Shown: positions 49,624 through 62,312, counted from the first letter of the stretch. The stretch is DNA of 64,000 nucleotides from Thermodesulfovibrionales bacterium (GCA_044450345.1 JBIOIY010000006.1:29696-93695), one strand, 5' to 3'. Numbers and translations: made by a program. The notes: generated from the letters alone by a model not told the origin.

Positions 49624-50108
49624 TGCTTTTCTTCTTCCGGCGATCGGCCCGCAGCGGCGGACAACACTCCCTTGACCTTATCCCTTATACCTTTGTGATG
49701 ACTCCCTTCCCAGTAAACCTTGCCGCAGTCCCGGCATCGTAAAAAACCGGAGAAATTAAGGTAGATAAAGTCAGGGACAAGTTCCCTCACCTCTTCTTTT
49801 TGCGCTACCTCATCGAGAACGCCGTTGCAAACTACGCACCTGCCGGAAAAAACAGTTTGATTGAAATCCAGACGCGTCATGATCAGGGCGAGCTGATCGA
49901 AAACATCGTCTTTTTCAATAAAGACCACGCCCGGTAACCCCTTCCGATTTGAAAGCTGTGTGTCTCTTGTCAGTATCGTCCGCTCCTGTTCCCTTGCAAT
50001 CCTCACAACCTCCCTGTCATCGATATCGGGATAATATAATACATCGAAACCCAAAATCCTCAGCCATTTTGCAAGACGGCCGAGCATGGCATCGGCAATG
50101 AATTTCAT
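49620..50108 (-). CDS. Mut7-C RNase domain protein (PIN-like + Zn ribbon)
   Basis: FIADAMLGRLAKWLR, LTRD, RCxxCN...CxxCGKVYWEGSH. Confidence 0.92.
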   Translation of the reverse strand: MKFIADAMLGRLAKWLRILGFDVLYYPDIDDREVVRIAREQERTILTRDTQLSNRKGLPGVVFIEKDDVFDQLALIMTRLDFNQTVFSGRCVVCNGVLDEVAQKEEVRELVPDFIYLNFSGFLRCRDCGKVYWEGSHHKGIRDKVKGVLSAAAGRSPEEEKH

Positions 50109-50164
50109 ATTCAATTATATGATAAAGTCGGGGAAATAGGCCAAGATTAATCGTTACATCGAAG

Positions 50165-51109
50165 CTATCGCGAAATAGGTTCCTTTTGGGACTCATCGAT
50201 AGGCCGGCCGGCCGCCTCAGCTGACGTCGCAACCCCACTTCCAGGACTCTTCATCATAGCCGTTTCCGAGTCTATAACCTTCAGAAATGTCTCCACAACA
50301 CCCGGATCGAACTGCGTCCCTGTTTTGTCTTTTATGTGAACGATCGCATCTTCCTTTGCCAATGCGCGTTTATACGGCCTGTCTGCGGTCATGGCATCGA
50401 ATGAATCGGCAACGCAAAGTATCCTTGCAAGAAGTGGGATATCATGGCCTTTGAGTCCGTCAGGATACCCCTTGCCGTCGATCCTTTCATGATGATATCT
50501 TATCATCGGGATCACCTTCCTGAGCTGCTCGATGTGGTCAAGTATGGCGGCCCCCTTTACGGGATGCATCTTGATGAGTTTCCATTCTTCTTCTGTCAGG
50601 GGATCGACCTTTTCGAGGATTACATCATAAGTCCCGAGCTTTCCGATGTCATGAAGCAAACTTCCGATCTTCAACATTTCCAGATCATTTTTGTCGACCC
50701 GCATTTCCCTTGCGATCGCCATGGCATAAGATGAAACCCTTTCCGAATGACCCATTGTCCAGTGACTCTTGGCGTCCAGGGCATTTGCAAAGGCCACAAC
50801 CAGTCCATTTAAAAGTGACCTGAGTTCACTTTCCGCCGAAAGGGTCTGCTGGAAGAGCTTCGCCCTCTCGTTGATGAGGTAACTTATCAGGGTAAGTGCA
50901 AGGGGTGCCAGGAGTATGAGTGCGCGGAACTTAACCCCCGATTCTTCCGTAGAAAGAAAGAATTTCACAATGCGGAGCGTTACTCCCGTATCCTCGATGA
51001 GGGCAAAGACATAAATCCCGAGGACGAACCACGCAAGGAAGACCGTATACGCCGCCAGTCTCGATAAAACCCTGTATGATTGGGTGTCGATTTTGGAATT
51101 ATCACTCAT
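50165..51109 (-). CDS. Membrane-anchored HD-GYP cyclic dinucleotide phosphodiesterase
   Basis: Two TM helices, HSERV, HDIGK, HHERIDGKGYP. Confidence 0.9.
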   Translation of the reverse strand: MSDNSKIDTQSYRVLSRLAAYTVFLAWFVLGIYVFALIEDTGVTLRIVKFFLSTEESGVKFRALILLAPLALTLISYLINERAKLFQQTLSAESELRSLLNGLVVAFANALDAKSHWTMGHSERVSSYAMAIAREMRVDKNDLEMLKIGSLLHDIGKLGTYDVILEKVDPLTEEEWKLIKMHPVKGAAILDHIEQLRKVIPMIRYHHERIDGKGYPDGLKGHDIPLLARILCVADSFDAMTADRPYKRALAKEDAIVHIKDKTGTQFDPGVVETFLKVIDSETAMMKSPGSGVATSAEAAGRPIDESQKEPISR

Positions 51110-51329
51110 CAGTGCACTTCGCAGGCATTTATTTCCCGCACAGCCGTCATACGAACATTATATAATGGTTTACTCACTTTGCACATAGGTCACGTTACGT
51201 TGTCGGCAGAATTATTACACCCAGTTGAATTACTATTGTAATCGGACAAAAAAGGCGATAGGATCACTGTAGGGAGTTGAATCGTAACGGTCCTGATATA
51301 AATCTTGCTTTACACAAGGGGGAAGGGCG

Positions 51330-51935
51330 ATGAAGGAACTTTTTGATGAACTGAAAGACGTTTACAGTCAATTCATTGACTACTTCGAGGCGACACTCAG
51401 CGTCTTTGCAAAGGCGGTAGACACAAGGAGCAGGGAAAGCGAGGGACATACCATTCGTCTGACCAGAATGACCGGCCTGCTTTGCCGGTCGATGGGCCTC
51501 GACGAGCATGCAGTGCTGCAGGCCAGATGGGGGGCCATACTTCATGATATAGGGACGATCTTCATTCCCGAGAGCATCCTTCTTAAGGCAGGCGGACTCT
51601 CAAATGAAGAATGGGATATTATGCGTACACATCCGATTCGTTCAGTCGAACTCCTCTCGTCCGTAAATCCCCTGAAAGCAGCCGTGGACATACCCCTTCA
51701 CCATCATGAGAAGTGGGACGGGACAGGGTATCCAATGGGCCTCAAAGGCTCTGAGATCCCTCTTCCCGCCCGCATCTTCGCTGTGGTGGACGTATGGGAT
51801 GCCCTCCTATCGGAAAGGCCCTACCGTAAACCATGGGCAGAAAAAACAATCCTCGATCATATCGGAGATGTGTCTGGAATTCACTACGATCCCGAAGTTG
51901 TGGAGCACTTTCTTAAGCTCAAGCAAAAAAACTAA
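51330..51935 (+). CDS. Stand-alone HD-GYP protein
   Basis: HDIG, HHEKWDGTGYP and RPY motifs; no sensory domain. Confidence 0.88.
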   Translation: MKELFDELKDVYSQFIDYFEATLSVFAKAVDTRSRESEGHTIRLTRMTGLLCRSMGLDEHAVLQARWGAILHDIGTIFIPESILLKAGGLSNEEWDIMRTHPIRSVELLSSVNPLKAAVDIPLHHHEKWDGTGYPMGLKGSEIPLPARIFAVVDVWDALLSERPYRKPWAEKTILDHIGDVSGIHYDPEVVEHFLKLKQKN

Positions 51936-51999
51936 TTCTTTCATGCAACATTTCACAATCGGTGAGGGCTGCATTTTGTTCGCCCGATATCTCTTATCG

Positions 52000-52036
52000 A
52001 AAAAAATCCCCCTGCATCTTTAGATACAGGGGGATT
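52000..52036 (-). terminator. rpoC intrinsic terminator
   Basis: AATCCCCCTGTATCT/AGATGCAGGGGGATT followed by a U-run. Confidence 0.85.
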
Positions 52037-52059
52037 AACTATGCGATAAACCGTTATAT

Positions 52060-55000
52060 CTATTCCTCCACGGCTGGCGGTGCAGCGAAGACCGGCGTCA
52101 CCTCGCGCTTCACGAAGGTGTTCTTGTACTTAGCCATCCCCGTGCCGGCGGGGATGACCCTGCCCATAATCACGTTTTCCTTCAGCCCCCGCAACTCGTC
52201 GAGCATGCCGTTGATCGCAGCCTCGGTGAGAACGCGGGTCGTCTCCTGGAACGAGGCAGCGGACACAAAGCTGTCCGTGGTAAGCGACGCTTTTGTGATG
52301 CCAAGGAGTAAGGGCTTGCCCTGCGCCGGTTTCCCGCTTTCGGCCTTGACCTTTTCGTTCTCTTCCTGGAAGGCCATCCTGTCCACCTGCTCTCCGATCA
52401 GATACACGGTGTCTCCCGGGTCTTCGATCCTGACCTTCCGCATCATCTGTCTGACTATGACTTCGATATGTTTGTCGTTGATCGAAACACCCTGGAGCCG
52501 GTACACCTTCTGCACCTCGTCGACGAGATATCTCTGAAGTTCTTTTGGACCGAGGATATCGAGAATGCTGTGGGGATTCACGGCGCCGTCCATGAGCGGC
52601 TCTCCGGCCTTCACCCAGTCGCCTTCGTGAACGCTTACGTGCTTCCCCTTGGGGATGTCATACTCCTTGACCGTCTCGCCGCCCCTGACCACTACAACAC
52701 GTTTTCCCTTCTGAGCAGACCTGAACTCGACTACGCCGTCGATCTCGGAAACGAGGGCCTGTTCTTTCGGCTTCCTCGCCTCAAAGAGTTCGGCAACCCT
52801 CGGCAGACCGCCCGTAATGTCCTTCGTCTTCGTCGTCTCCCTCGGTATCTTTGCGAGTATGTCGCCGGGGAAAACAAGGTCGTTTTTATCGACAAGTATG
52901 TGAGCTCCCGAAGGCAGGTTATATCGCGCCGGGTTGTTTGTACCGGGTATCTTCAGTGTTGTCTTCCCGTGCTCGTCCTTTATCGAGATCCTCGGCCTCA
53001 TGTTCGTAGAGTAGTCGATGATGACTTTATGAGAAAGTCCGGTCGTCTCGTCGACCTCTTCCTTGACGGTGGCGCCCTCAACGATGTCGCCAAGGGCGAT
53101 CTTGCCGCCGAGCTCGGTCAGTATGGGAGTGGAATAGGGGTCCCATTCGACGAGCCTCTGCCCGCCCTCGACCTTCTGTCCCTCCGTCACCCGCAGCTTG
53201 GCGCCGTACACAACGGAATAGTTCTCTTTCTCTCTGCCCTTCGAATCAACAATGGCTATGCTCCCGTTCCTGTTCATAACGATAAGCATACCTTCTCTGT
53301 TCTTTACGGTATTGATGTTGATGAACTTTATCGTACCGGAGTTCTTCGCCTCAAGGACCGTCTGTTCGACGACCTTTGAAGCCGTGCCGCCGATATGGAA
53401 CGTCCGCATGGTAAGCTGTGTCCCGGGTTCGCCGATCGACTGTGCAGCGATAATACCGACCGACTCCCCGATCTCCACGTGCTCGCCTCTCCCGAGGTCT
53501 CTTCCGTAACACTTGGCGCAGACGCCGAACTTCGACTGGCAAGTCAGCACAGACCGTATCTTCACGCTTTTCACGCCGGCCTCGATGATCTTCTGCGTGT
53601 AGATCTCATCAATCTCCTGGTTCCTCTTAATGATTAATTCTTTTGTCAGCGGGTCTTTTATGTCCTCCACCGCAAACCTTCCTATGAGCCTCTCCTCTAA
53701 CGGCTGGATGATCTCGCCGCCTTCTACCAGTGACGTGACGGTGATGCTGTCATTGGTGCCGCAGTCGTCTTCCATTATGAGGACGTCCTGGGAAACATCG
53801 ACGAGCCTGCGGGTAAGATATCCCGAGTTCGCCGTCTTCAGGGCGGTGTCGGCAAGACCTTTCCTCGCACCATGCGTCGAGATAAAGTACTGCAGCGGGG
53901 TAAGGCCCTCTCTGAAGTTTGCAGTGATCGGGGTCTCTATGATCTCGCCTGAGGGTTTCGCCATGAGGCCCCTCATGCCCGCCAGCTGACGGATCTGCGC
54001 TGCGCTTCCCCTCGCCCCGGAATCCGCCATCATGAAGATACTGTTAAAAGACCTTTTCTCTTTAAGTTCCTCTTCGCTGGCAATCTTGTCGTCTTCGGCG
54101 CCAAGTTCTTTCATCATCTCATCGGCAATCCGTTCGGTAACGTTTGCCCAAATATCGATGACCTTGTTGTAACGCTCGCCCTGCGTGATGAGACCGTCGG
54201 CGTATTGCTTCTGGACTTCCATGACTTCCGACTCAGCGTGGTGTATCATCTCGCCTTTCTTGGAAGGTATATGCATGTCAGCCATACAGATCGAGATACC
54301 GGAATTTGTCGCATACTTGAACCCAAGCTTTTCAAGGTTATCGAGGAAGACAACCGTCTTCCGCTTGCCTGCCTTCTTATAGGAGAATTCTATTATCTTC
54401 GATAGCTCCTTCTTAGTCATGTCCTTGTTTATCATCGGGAAAGTAATCTCCTCGGGGACTATCTCAGAGAAGAGGACCCTCCCGGTGGTTGTTTCGACGA
54501 ACTCACCGTTTATCCTGACCTTGATCCTGGCATGTTCGCTCAGCTGACCAGCGTCATAGGCCACCCTGACATCCTCGGGACCACCTAATACCTTGCCCTC
54601 TCCCAGCGCGCCGTTTCTCTCCTTCATCAGGTAGTAAATGCCGAGAACCATGTCCTGTGTCGGGACGAGGATAGGCTTGCCATTGGCGGGCGAGAGGACG
54701 TTGTTGACCGACATCATCAAGACCCTCGCCTCGATCTGCGCCTCTATAGAAAGCGGCACATGGACCGCCATCTGGTCGCCGTCGAAGTCCGCGTTGAAGG
54801 CGGTACAGACGAGGGGATGAAGCTTGATAGCCTTACCCTCGACGAGGATAGGATCGAACGCCTGTATCCCGAGTCTATGGAGGGTCGGGGCCCTGTTAAG
54901 GAGAACAGGAGTTTCCCTGATCACCTCTTCCAAGGCGTCCCATACCTCCGGAGACTCCTTCTCCACCAGCTTCTTCGCCGCTTTTATCGTAGTAGCATAT

Positions 55001-56169
55001 CCCTTTTCTTCTAGCTTGCTGAAAATGAAGGGCTTAAAGAGTTCAAGTGCCATCCTCTTCGGCAGACCGCATTGGTGCAATTTCAATTCGGGACCGACAA
55101 CGATAACCGACCTGCCGGAGTAGTCGACCCTCTTGCCCAGGAGATTCTGCCTGAAACGGCCCTGTTTGCCCTTGATCATATCGCTGAGGGACTTCAGCGG
55201 CCTCTTGGTGGCGGTCTTCAGCACCTTGCTCCTTCTGCCGTTGTCAAAGAGGGCATCGACCGCCTCCTGGAGCATCCTCTTCTCGTTTTTTATGATGACG
55301 CTCGGCGCCTTCAGCTCCACGAGCCTCTTGAGCCTGTTGTTCCTGTTTATGACCCTTCTATAAAGGTCGTTAAGGTCGGACGTTGCAAAACGTCCTCCCT
55401 CAAGGGGAACAAGCGGCCTAAGATCCGGAGGAAGTACGGGGATAACGTCCATGATCATCCATTCAGGCTTGTTGCCGGACTTTCTGAATGCCTCAACGAC
55501 CTTCAGTCTCTTGGTGAGTTTCTTTTTCACTCCGATGGAGACCGCTTCCTTTATCTTCAGCTTGAGCTCCACACTGAGCGTTTCTAGATCAATTATCTTG
55601 AGCAGCTCCCTGATCGCCTCTGCACCCATTCCGGACTTAAAACGGGTGCCGTGTTCGGCGGTCTTCTTCTTGTGATCGTCGTCACTGAGCAGTTCCTTCG
55701 CCTTAAGCGGCGTGTCACCTGGATCCGTCACAATATAGCTTTCGAAATAGAGGACCTTTTCGAGATTGCGCATCGTCATGTCGAGCAGCGTGCCGATCCG
55801 GCTCGGGACCCCCTTGAGAAACCAGATATGTGCGACAGGGGTTGCAAGCTCGATATGTCCGAGCCTCTCACGCCTCACCTTCGACTGGATGACCTCGACC
55901 CCGCACTTGTCGCATACGATGCCCCTGTGCTTCATCCTCTTGTACTTGCCGCATATGCATTCCCAGTCCTTTATCGGGCCGAATATCTTCGCGCAGAAGA
56001 GTCCGTCCCTTTCAGGCTTGAATGTCCGGTAGTTGATCGTCTCGGGTTTTTTCACCTCGCCGTACGACCACTCACGTATCCTCTCCGGAGAGGCAAGTTT
56101 GATCCTAATCGCTTCGAAGTCAGTTGGATTTTTAGGTTTTTGGAAAATGGCGTAAATATCTTCTGCCAC
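52060..56169 (-). CDS. rpoC: RNA polymerase beta' subunit
   Basis: NADFDGD catalytic motif; N-terminal Zn finger. Confidence 0.99.
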   Translation of the reverse strand: MAEDIYAIFQKPKNPTDFEAIRIKLASPERIREWSYGEVKKPETINYRTFKPERDGLFCAKIFGPIKDWECICGKYKRMKHRGIVCDKCGVEVIQSKVRRERLGHIELATPVAHIWFLKGVPSRIGTLLDMTMRNLEKVLYFESYIVTDPGDTPLKAKELLSDDDHKKKTAEHGTRFKSGMGAEAIRELLKIIDLETLSVELKLKIKEAVSIGVKKKLTKRLKVVEAFRKSGNKPEWMIMDVIPVLPPDLRPLVPLEGGRFATSDLNDLYRRVINRNNRLKRLVELKAPSVIIKNEKRMLQEAVDALFDNGRRSKVLKTATKRPLKSLSDMIKGKQGRFRQNLLGKRVDYSGRSVIVVGPELKLHQCGLPKRMALELFKPFIFSKLEEKGYATTIKAAKKLVEKESPEVWDALEEVIRETPVLLNRAPTLHRLGIQAFDPILVEGKAIKLHPLVCTAFNADFDGDQMAVHVPLSIEAQIEARVLMMSVNNVLSPANGKPILVPTQDMVLGIYYLMKERNGALGEGKVLGGPEDVRVAYDAGQLSEHARIKVRINGEFVETTTGRVLFSEIVPEEITFPMINKDMTKKELSKIIEFSYKKAGKRKTVVFLDNLEKLGFKYATNSGISICMADMHIPSKKGEMIHHAESEVMEVQKQYADGLITQGERYNKVIDIWANVTERIADEMMKELGAEDDKIASEEELKEKRSFNSIFMMADSGARGSAAQIRQLAGMRGLMAKPSGEIIETPITANFREGLTPLQYFISTHGARKGLADTALKTANSGYLTRRLVDVSQDVLIMEDDCGTNDSITVTSLVEGGEIIQPLEERLIGRFAVEDIKDPLTKELIIKRNQEIDEIYTQKIIEAGVKSVKIRSVLTCQSKFGVCAKCYGRDLGRGEHVEIGESVGIIAAQSIGEPGTQLTMRTFHIGGTASKVVEQTVLEAKNSGTIKFININTVKNREGMLIVMNRNGSIAIVDSKGREKENYSVVYGAKLRVTEGQKVEGGQRLVEWDPYSTPILTELGGKIALGDIVEGATVKEEVDETTGLSHKVIIDYSTNMRPRISIKDEHGKTTLKIPGTNNPARYNLPSGAHILVDKNDLVFPGDILAKIPRETTKTKDITGGLPRVAELFEARKPKEQALVSEIDGVVEFRSAQKGKRVVVVRGGETVKEYDIPKGKHVSVHEGDWVKAGEPLMDGAVNPHSILDILGPKELQRYLVDEVQKVYRLQGVSINDKHIEVIVRQMMRKVRIEDPGDTVYLIGEQVDRMAFQEENEKVKAESGKPAQGKPLLLGITKASLTTDSFVSAASFQETTRVLTEAAINGMLDELRGLKENVIMGRVIPAGTGMAKYKNTFVKREVTPVFAAPPAVEE

Positions 56170-56170
56170 T

Positions 56171-59100
56171 CTATTCCCCCTTCTTCTTTTTCTCCAGAAG
56201 CTCTACGTCGAGTCCCAGACTCTGGAGTTCTTTTATTAATACATGGAAGGACTCTGGGACGCCAGGTTCCAGCATCGCGTCGCCCTTGACTATCGCCTCG
56301 TACATCCTTGCCCTTCCCGTAACATCATCACTCTTGACGGTTAGAAATTCCTGGAGCGTATAGGCGGCCCCGTAACCCTCAAGCGCCCAAACTTCCATTT
56401 CGCCGAGTCTCTGCCCGCCGAACTGCGCCTTACCGCCCAGCGGCTGCTGGGTAACAAGAGAGTATGGGCCGATTGACCTGGCGTGTATCTTGTCATCTAC
56501 GAGATGATGCAGCTTCAGCATGTATGTATAACCCACCGTGATCGGCCTTTTAAAAGGCTCGCCTGTCTTCCCGTCGTACATGATCGTCTGCCCTGTCGCC
56601 GAGATTCCCGCCCGCTTCAGCATTGCCTTTATCTCGGTTTCCTTTGCGCCCTCAAATACAGGGGTCGCCACAGGAATACCTTCCTGGAGCTGTATGGCCA
56701 GCTCGCGGAGATCGCCCTTGTCAAGATCGTCCACCAGCTTTATCATATCCTTGTTCGTGTCCTTATTCCCAAAGGTGCTGTATGTGTCCTTAATGTGCTT
56801 CCTGAGTGCATCGGTATCCTTCGGAGAGATCTTTTTTATCTGGAGTCCAAGCATCTTTGCCGCCAGTCCCAGATGGGTCTCAAGTATCTGTCCCACATTC
56901 ATACGCGAAGGCACACCGAGCGGGTTAAGCACAAAGTCCACAGGGGTTCCGTCAGGAAGATAGGGCATATCTTCCTCAGGCAATACCATTGCCACTACGC
57001 CCTTGTTGCCGTGGCGTCCGGCCATCTTGTCGCCAATCTGGACCTTCCTCTTCATCGCAATGTAGACCTTCACCAACTTGTTGACGCCTGGGGGAAGTTC
57101 ATCTCCCTTCCTCACCCTGTCCACCTTTTCGTCATATCTCGATTCAAGTTCCCTGATGTAGTGGTTAGCTTCGGCATTGACAGTCTCTATTTTTTCCTGG
57201 ACTTCGGCCTTCTCGACCTTGATCCTTATCAGGTATTCGTCCTTAATGCCTTCGAGATGCTTAGCAGTGATCGCCTTTCCGGCCTGGCAGATGACCTCCT
57301 TTGTCTTGGAGTTTTTTATCTCTTCTGCCGCGCGCTGCCCCACAAAGAGTTCACGCAGTTTTTTGAATTTTTCTTCTTTTACGACTGTGATCTCCTCCTC
57401 GAGGTCACGCTGGAGCTTCTGGATATCTTCCTCTTCGATATGCTTGGCCCTTCCGTCTTTTGCGATGCCCTTCCTCGAAAAAATCCTTACGTCTACGATC
57501 GTGCCTTCAATGCCCGGCGGAACGTAAAGGCAGCTCTCTTTGACCTCTTCAGCCTTTTCTCCAAAGATGGCCCTTAGCAGCTTCTCCTCGGGAGTAAGCT
57601 GTGTTTCCCCCTTGGGAGTGACCTTCCCGACAAGGATGTCTCCGGGTTTCACCTCGGCGCCTATCCTTATGATGCCGCTTTCATCGAGGTCCTTTAATGC
57701 CTCTTCGCCGACGTTGGGGATGTCCCTCGTTATCTCTTCAGAACCGAGTTTAGTCTCGCGCGCCTCCACCTCGAACTCCTCTATATGGATGGATGTATAC
57801 ACGTCTTCCCTGACGAGCCTCTCGTTGAGGAGAATCGCGTCCTCAAAGTTATATCCGCCCCAGGGCATAAATGCCACGAGCACATTCTGTCCCAGAGCAA
57901 GTTCTCCGAGGTCCGTGGACTGGCCGTCCGCAAGTATGTCGCCCTTCTTTACCTTATCGCCTACATAGACGATCGGCCTCTGGTTTATGCACGTGGCTTG
58001 GTTTGATCTCTGGAACTTGATGAGGCTGTAGATATCCACACCGCTTTCGCTGCCTGAGACTCTGACAACTATCCTCGATGCGTCAACGCTCTCAACCCTG
58101 CCGCTTCGTTTCGCAAGCACGAGAGCACCCGAATCCCTTGCCGCCACATATTCCATCCCTGTGCCGACTATCGGCGCATCGGGTTTCAGCAAGGGCACCG
58201 CCTGCCTCTGCATGTTGGATCCCATGAGCGCCCTGTTGGCGTCGTCGTTTTCAAGAAAAGGGATTAGCGCCGCAGAGATGCCGACCACCTGCTTAGGCGA
58301 AACGTCCATATACTGGACCTCGTGCGGAGTGACCATCCTGAAATCCCCGCCTTCCCTGGCCGATACGGATTCGCCGATGAGATTTCCTTTCTTGTCCATA
58401 GGGGAAGTGGCTTCGGCGATGATGAATTTTTCGCCCTCTATCGCCGAGAAATACTGCACCTCCTCGCTGACCCTGCCGTTCACTACCTTTCTGTACGGCA
58501 CCTCTATGAAGCCGTAATCGTTGACCCTGGCGTAAGAGGCAAGCGACGTAATAAGTCCGATATTCGGGCCTTCAGGCGTTTCGATCGGGCATATCCTTCC
58601 GTAATGAGTCGGATGGACGTCCCTGACCTCGAAGCCGGCCCTTTCCCTGGTCAAACCGCCCGGGCCTAATGCAGACAGCCTTCTTTTATGGGTAATCTCG
58701 GACAGGAGGTTCGTCTGGTCCATAAACTGGCTCAACTGGCTCGAACCGAAGAACTCCTTTACCGCAGCCATCACGGGCTTTGAGTTTATAAGGTCATGCG
58801 GCATCGCGGTCTCGAGTTCGGTAAGGGTCATCTTTTCCTTGATCGCGCGTTCCATTCTCACCAGCCCTATCCTGAACTGGTTTTCAAGAAGTTCGCCGAT
58901 GCCTCTTATTCTCCGGTTGCCGAGATGGTCGATGTCATCGACTTCTCCTTTGCCGGTTCTGAGGCTCAAAATGTACCGCACGATCTCGATGATATCCTTG
59001 TCTGTCAGGACCTTTGTATCGAGCCCCACGTCGAGCCCCAACCGCTTGTTGAGCTTAAGCCTTCCAACGGGGGAAAGGTCATACCGTTTCGGGTCGAAAA

Positions 59101-60274
59101 AGAGTCCGTTAAAGAGGTCCCTTGCCGCCCTTATCGTCGGCGGTTCTCCGGGCCTCAGTTTCTTGTAAATCTCGATAAGCGCCTCATCCTGAGTGCTCAC
59201 CTTGTCCGTCAGTAACGTATCGCGGAGCGATGAGAGGTAATGCACATTATCGATAAAAAGCAGGGTCAGCGAATCTATCTTCAAGGAAAGGACCTTGTTG
59301 AAGGCATCTTCCGTGAGGACTTCATTGCCCTCCAGGATGACCTCTCCCGTCGTGGGATCGATGATGTCTTTTAAGGTGATCCTTCCTATGATTTCATCCT
59401 TGTTGATGCGGATCGTCTTTATGCCCGCAGCCTCCATCTTTCGTATGGCGCCCTTCGTAATCTTGCCGCCCTCTTTCACAATGACTTCTTTGGTGTCGGT
59501 TGCGGTGATATTCTTTGCAGTTTTGTACCCGACGAGCACATCGCTGACGACGATCGAAAAATCGTTACTGCCCTTGAGAATGATCGTGTCCACGGGATAG
59601 AACGTCTTCAGCAGGTCTTCATTGGAATATCCAAGGGCCTTGAGGACTATCGTGGCCGGGAGTTTCTTCCTGCGGTCGATCCTCACGTAGAGAATGTCCT
59701 TTGTGTCGAACTCAAAGTCGAGCCATGAACCGCGCGACGGGATGACCCTCGCGGAATACAGAAGCCGTCCGCTCGCATGCGTTTTGCCTTTGTCATGACT
59801 GAAGAAAACTCCGGGAGAACGGTGCAGCTGGCTTACGACAACGCGTTCCGTCCCGTTCACGATAAAAGTACCGGTTTCGGTCATCATCGGCATCTCGCCG
59901 ATATATACCTCCTGTTCCCTCGATTCCTTCAGCTTTTTCTTCTCATTCGAATCCACCTCGAACAGGTTGAGCTTGACGCTTATCTTGATGGGAGCTGCGA
60001 ACGTCGTGCCTTTCTGAAGACACTCCCGGACCGTATACTTAGGCTCGCCCACGGTATAGCCGATAAATTCTATCTCCGCGGTTTCGTTGTAGTCCGTGAT
60101 GGGGAAAACACTGAGAAACGCCGACTGCAGCCCGCTTTCCTCTCGCTTCACAATAGGGATATCGCGCTGCAGGAATTTATCGAATGACCTCTTCTGTATC
60201 TCAATAAGATTAGGCACTTCCAGGAATTGAGGAACCTTCCCAAAATCCAATCTCTGTCTAAGAACCCTTGCCAT
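56171..60274 (-). CDS. rpoB: RNA polymerase beta subunit
   Basis: [12 protein letters not shown] and GGQRLGEME motifs. Confidence 0.99.
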   Translation of the reverse strand: MARVLRQRLDFGKVPQFLEVPNLIEIQKRSFDKFLQRDIPIVKREESGLQSAFLSVFPITDYNETAEIEFIGYTVGEPKYTVRECLQKGTTFAAPIKISVKLNLFEVDSNEKKKLKESREQEVYIGEMPMMTETGTFIVNGTERVVVSQLHRSPGVFFSHDKGKTHASGRLLYSARVIPSRGSWLDFEFDTKDILYVRIDRRKKLPATIVLKALGYSNEDLLKTFYPVDTIILKGSNDFSIVVSDVLVGYKTAKNITATDTKEVIVKEGGKITKGAIRKMEAAGIKTIRINKDEIIGRITLKDIIDPTTGEVILEGNEVLTEDAFNKVLSLKIDSLTLLFIDNVHYLSSLRDTLLTDKVSTQDEALIEIYKKLRPGEPPTIRAARDLFNGLFFDPKRYDLSPVGRLKLNKRLGLDVGLDTKVLTDKDIIEIVRYILSLRTGKGEVDDIDHLGNRRIRGIGELLENQFRIGLVRMERAIKEKMTLTELETAMPHDLINSKPVMAAVKEFFGSSQLSQFMDQTNLLSEITHKRRLSALGPGGLTRERAGFEVRDVHPTHYGRICPIETPEGPNIGLITSLASYARVNDYGFIEVPYRKVVNGRVSEEVQYFSAIEGEKFIIAEATSPMDKKGNLIGESVSAREGGDFRMVTPHEVQYMDVSPKQVVGISAALIPFLENDDANRALMGSNMQRQAVPLLKPDAPIVGTGMEYVAARDSGALVLAKRSGRVESVDASRIVVRVSGSESGVDIYSLIKFQRSNQATCINQRPIVYVGDKVKKGDILADGQSTDLGELALGQNVLVAFMPWGGYNFEDAILLNERLVREDVYTSIHIEEFEVEARETKLGSEEITRDIPNVGEEALKDLDESGIIRIGAEVKPGDILVGKVTPKGETQLTPEEKLLRAIFGEKAEEVKESCLYVPPGIEGTIVDVRIFSRKGIAKDGRAKHIEEEDIQKLQRDLEEEITVVKEEKFKKLRELFVGQRAAEEIKNSKTKEVICQAGKAITAKHLEGIKDEYLIRIKVEKAEVQEKIETVNAEANHYIRELESRYDEKVDRVRKGDELPPGVNKLVKVYIAMKRKVQIGDKMAGRHGNKGVVAMVLPEEDMPYLPDGTPVDFVLNPLGVPSRMNVGQILETHLGLAAKMLGLQIKKISPKDTDALRKHIKDTYSTFGNKDTNKDMIKLVDDLDKGDLRELAIQLQEGIPVATPVFEGAKETEIKAMLKRAGISATGQTIMYDGKTGEPFKRPITVGYTYMLKLHHLVDDKIHARSIGPYSLVTQQPLGGKAQFGGQRLGEMEVWALEGYGAAYTLQEFLTVKSDDVTGRARMYEAIVKGDAMLEPGVPESFHVLIKELQSLGLDVELLEKKKKGE

Positions 60275-60290
60275 ATATCTCCTTCTCCGA

Positions 60291-60337
60291 TTAAAGGAAA
60301 AGGTAGAGGCGGAGCAAACGCCCCGGTCCCTCTACCT
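60291..60337 (-). terminator. Attenuator/terminator between rplL and rpoB
   Basis: AGGTAGAGG/CCTCTACCT stem followed by TTTCCTTT. Confidence 0.65.
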
Positions 60338-60361
60338 GATTCTAACCCTTTAACACAATTT

Positions 60362-60739
60362 CTACTTAATTTCTACTGATGCTCCCTGCTCTTCCAGTTT
60401 CGCCTTCATCGAGGCGGCCTCTTCCTTCGACACGCCGGTCTTAACAGGCTTGGGAGCGCCGTCGACAAGGTCTTTAGCCTCCTTAAGTCCAAGACCCGTC
60501 AGTTCCCTGACGACCTTGATCACCTGTATCTTCTTGTCTCCTGCGCCGGTCAGAACAACGTCAAAGCTCGTCTTCTCTTCCGCGGCGGGTGCTGCTGCCG
60601 CGGCTCCGACCGCCGCGACGGCGACAGGGGCTGCTGCGGTAACTCCATACCTCTCTTCAAACTCCTTGACGAACTTCGACATATCGAGGATCGTCATATT
60701 ATCGATAAATTCAAAAACCTCTTCCTTGGTAATAGACAT
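60362..60739 (-). CDS. rplL: 50S ribosomal protein L7/L12
   Basis: Ala-rich hinge; [20 protein letters not shown]. Confidence 0.98.
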   Translation of the reverse strand: MSITKEEVFEFIDNMTILDMSKFVKEFEERYGVTAAAPVAVAAVGAAAAAPAAEEKTSFDVVLTGAGDKKIQVIKVVRELTGLGLKEAKDLVDGAPKPVKTGVSKEEAASMKAKLEEQGASVEIK

Positions 60740-60825
60740 TTACTGAAACCTCCTTGTATTAGTTCTTAATGTAAGTGTTCGTGTAAGTAACCCGTGTTTT
60801 AATGTTCTCCAAGCTGATGCCGGCA

Positions 60826-61350
60826 CTATCCACTGACACTTTTTTTCTTTTCAAGCGCCTGCAGCGCGTAAGCGAAACTGCTGACCGTAGCGGAAAGAGC
60901 CCCGCACATCTTCGACGCCGGCGCCTGGAAGGCACCTGCCATCATAGACAGAATGACTTCCCTCGAAGGCAACTCGGCGATTTCCTTGACCTCGGCCGGC
61001 TCGCACAGCTTCCCTTCTATGACAGCGCCTTTTACCCGCAGCTTCTCATTCGTCTTCATGAATTCGAGGACTTTTTTCACCGCAAGCACCGGATCGTCAT
61101 AGCCTATTGCCACCCCGATGGGGCCCTTGAATATACTCTCGGCCACGGCAACGCTGGTGTCCTTGGCGGCTATCTTCGCGAGCGTATTCTTTACTACGCC
61201 ATAATCCAGGGTAGATTTCTTGAGCAGCCTTCTGAGATCCGTGAGTTCGGCCACGGTCATCCCTTTATAGTCCGTGAAGACCACCACCTTAGCCTTCGAA
61301 AACTTTTCTTTCAGGCCGGCTATTACCTGTCCTTTTTCTTCCTTGTTCAG
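60826..61350 (-). CDS. rplJ: 50S ribosomal protein L10 (probable CTG start)
   Basis: DYKG.TV.EL..LR, VVKNTL and LPSRE motifs; SD AAGGAGGT 5 nt before CTG at 61350. Confidence 0.93.
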   Translation of the reverse strand: MNKEEKGQVIAGLKEKFSKAKVVVFTDYKGMTVAELTDLRRLLKKSTLDYGVVKNTLAKIAAKDTSVAVAESIFKGPIGVAIGYDDPVLAVKKVLEFMKTNEKLRVKGAVIEGKLCEPAEVKEIAELPSREVILSMMAGAFQAPASKMCGALSATVSSFAYALQALEKKKSVSG

Positions 61351-61359
61351 TTTAGACCT

Positions 61360-61590
61360 CCTTTCCCAGAGACCCAGGCAGGCGAACTAACATTCCGTGA
61401 AAATGAGAGATGTACGACAAGGGTTCACTGTGCGATCCCCTCATCAGCACCTCCGGCCATTTTCTCATTACTTTCGCCTCGCATATCTAACGAGTGCAGA
61501 TTAGCCTCGGTAGGCCCTTCCCCTCGGCCGCCCGGCGTACTGGCGGGTCCTCGGTCCGGATTAAGTCTTTGCGCCTACTGTCTCTGACTA
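61360..61590 (-). promoter_or_regulatory. L10 leader RNA
   Basis: CAGAGACAGTAGG...TTAA...CCTACCGAGG...GTCTCTG upstream of rplJ. Confidence 0.8.
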
Positions 61591-61619
61591 AATATAATAC
61601 GAACTCATGTCCGATTTTA

Positions 61620-62312
61620 CTATTTACCCGCGCTGACGGACCCCGGGTCTATCTTCAGCCCCGGTCCCATCGTGGATGAGATACTCAGCTTCTTCACATA
61701 CTTGCCCTTACTCGTAGAGGGCTTTGCCTTGTTCACCGAATCGATTATCGCCTTTGCATTGTCGATAAGCTTCTGCTCGTCAAAGGAGACCTTGCCTATC
61801 GGCACCTGCACGACTCCCGCCTTTTCAGCCTTATACTCGACCTTTCCGGCCTTGATTTCTCTGACCGCCTTTCCCACATCAAAGGTGACCGTACCGAGTT
61901 TCGGATTCGGCATTAATCCTCTCGGACCGAGGACTTTGCCTAGCTTCCCGACAACGCCCATAATATCCGGGGTCGCCACCACCTTATCGAAGTCGAGCCA
62001 CCCTTTGGTTATCTTATCGACCAGGTCCTCAGCGCCGACAAAATCGGCCCCAGCGTCCCTGGCCTCTGTTTCCTTCTCTCCTTTTGCGAATACAAGGACC
62101 CGTACGCTCTTGCCGCTTCCATGCGGAAGAACCACGGTGCCTCTGACCATCTGGTCGGATTTTCTCGGATCAACCCCGAGGTTGAACGCCAGATCAACGC
62201 TTTCGTCGAACTTCGCATAGGCCATCTTCTTTACAAGGCCTACCGCCTCTTCAAGCGAGTATTCCTTGCCCGGTTCCGTCTTCTCTATCGCCGCCTTTAT
62301 TTTCTTACCCAT
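61620..62312 (-). CDS. rplA: 50S ribosomal protein L1
   Basis: [23 protein letters not shown] and STMGP motifs. Confidence 0.98.
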   Translation of the reverse strand: MGKKIKAAIEKTEPGKEYSLEEAVGLVKKMAYAKFDESVDLAFNLGVDPRKSDQMVRGTVVLPHGSGKSVRVLVFAKGEKETEARDAGADFVGAEDLVDKITKGWLDFDKVVATPDIMGVVGKLGKVLGPRGLMPNPKLGTVTFDVGKAVREIKAGKVEYKAEKAGVVQVPIGKVSFDEQKLIDNAKAIIDSVNKAKPSTSKGKYVKKLSISSTMGPGLKIDPGSVSAGK

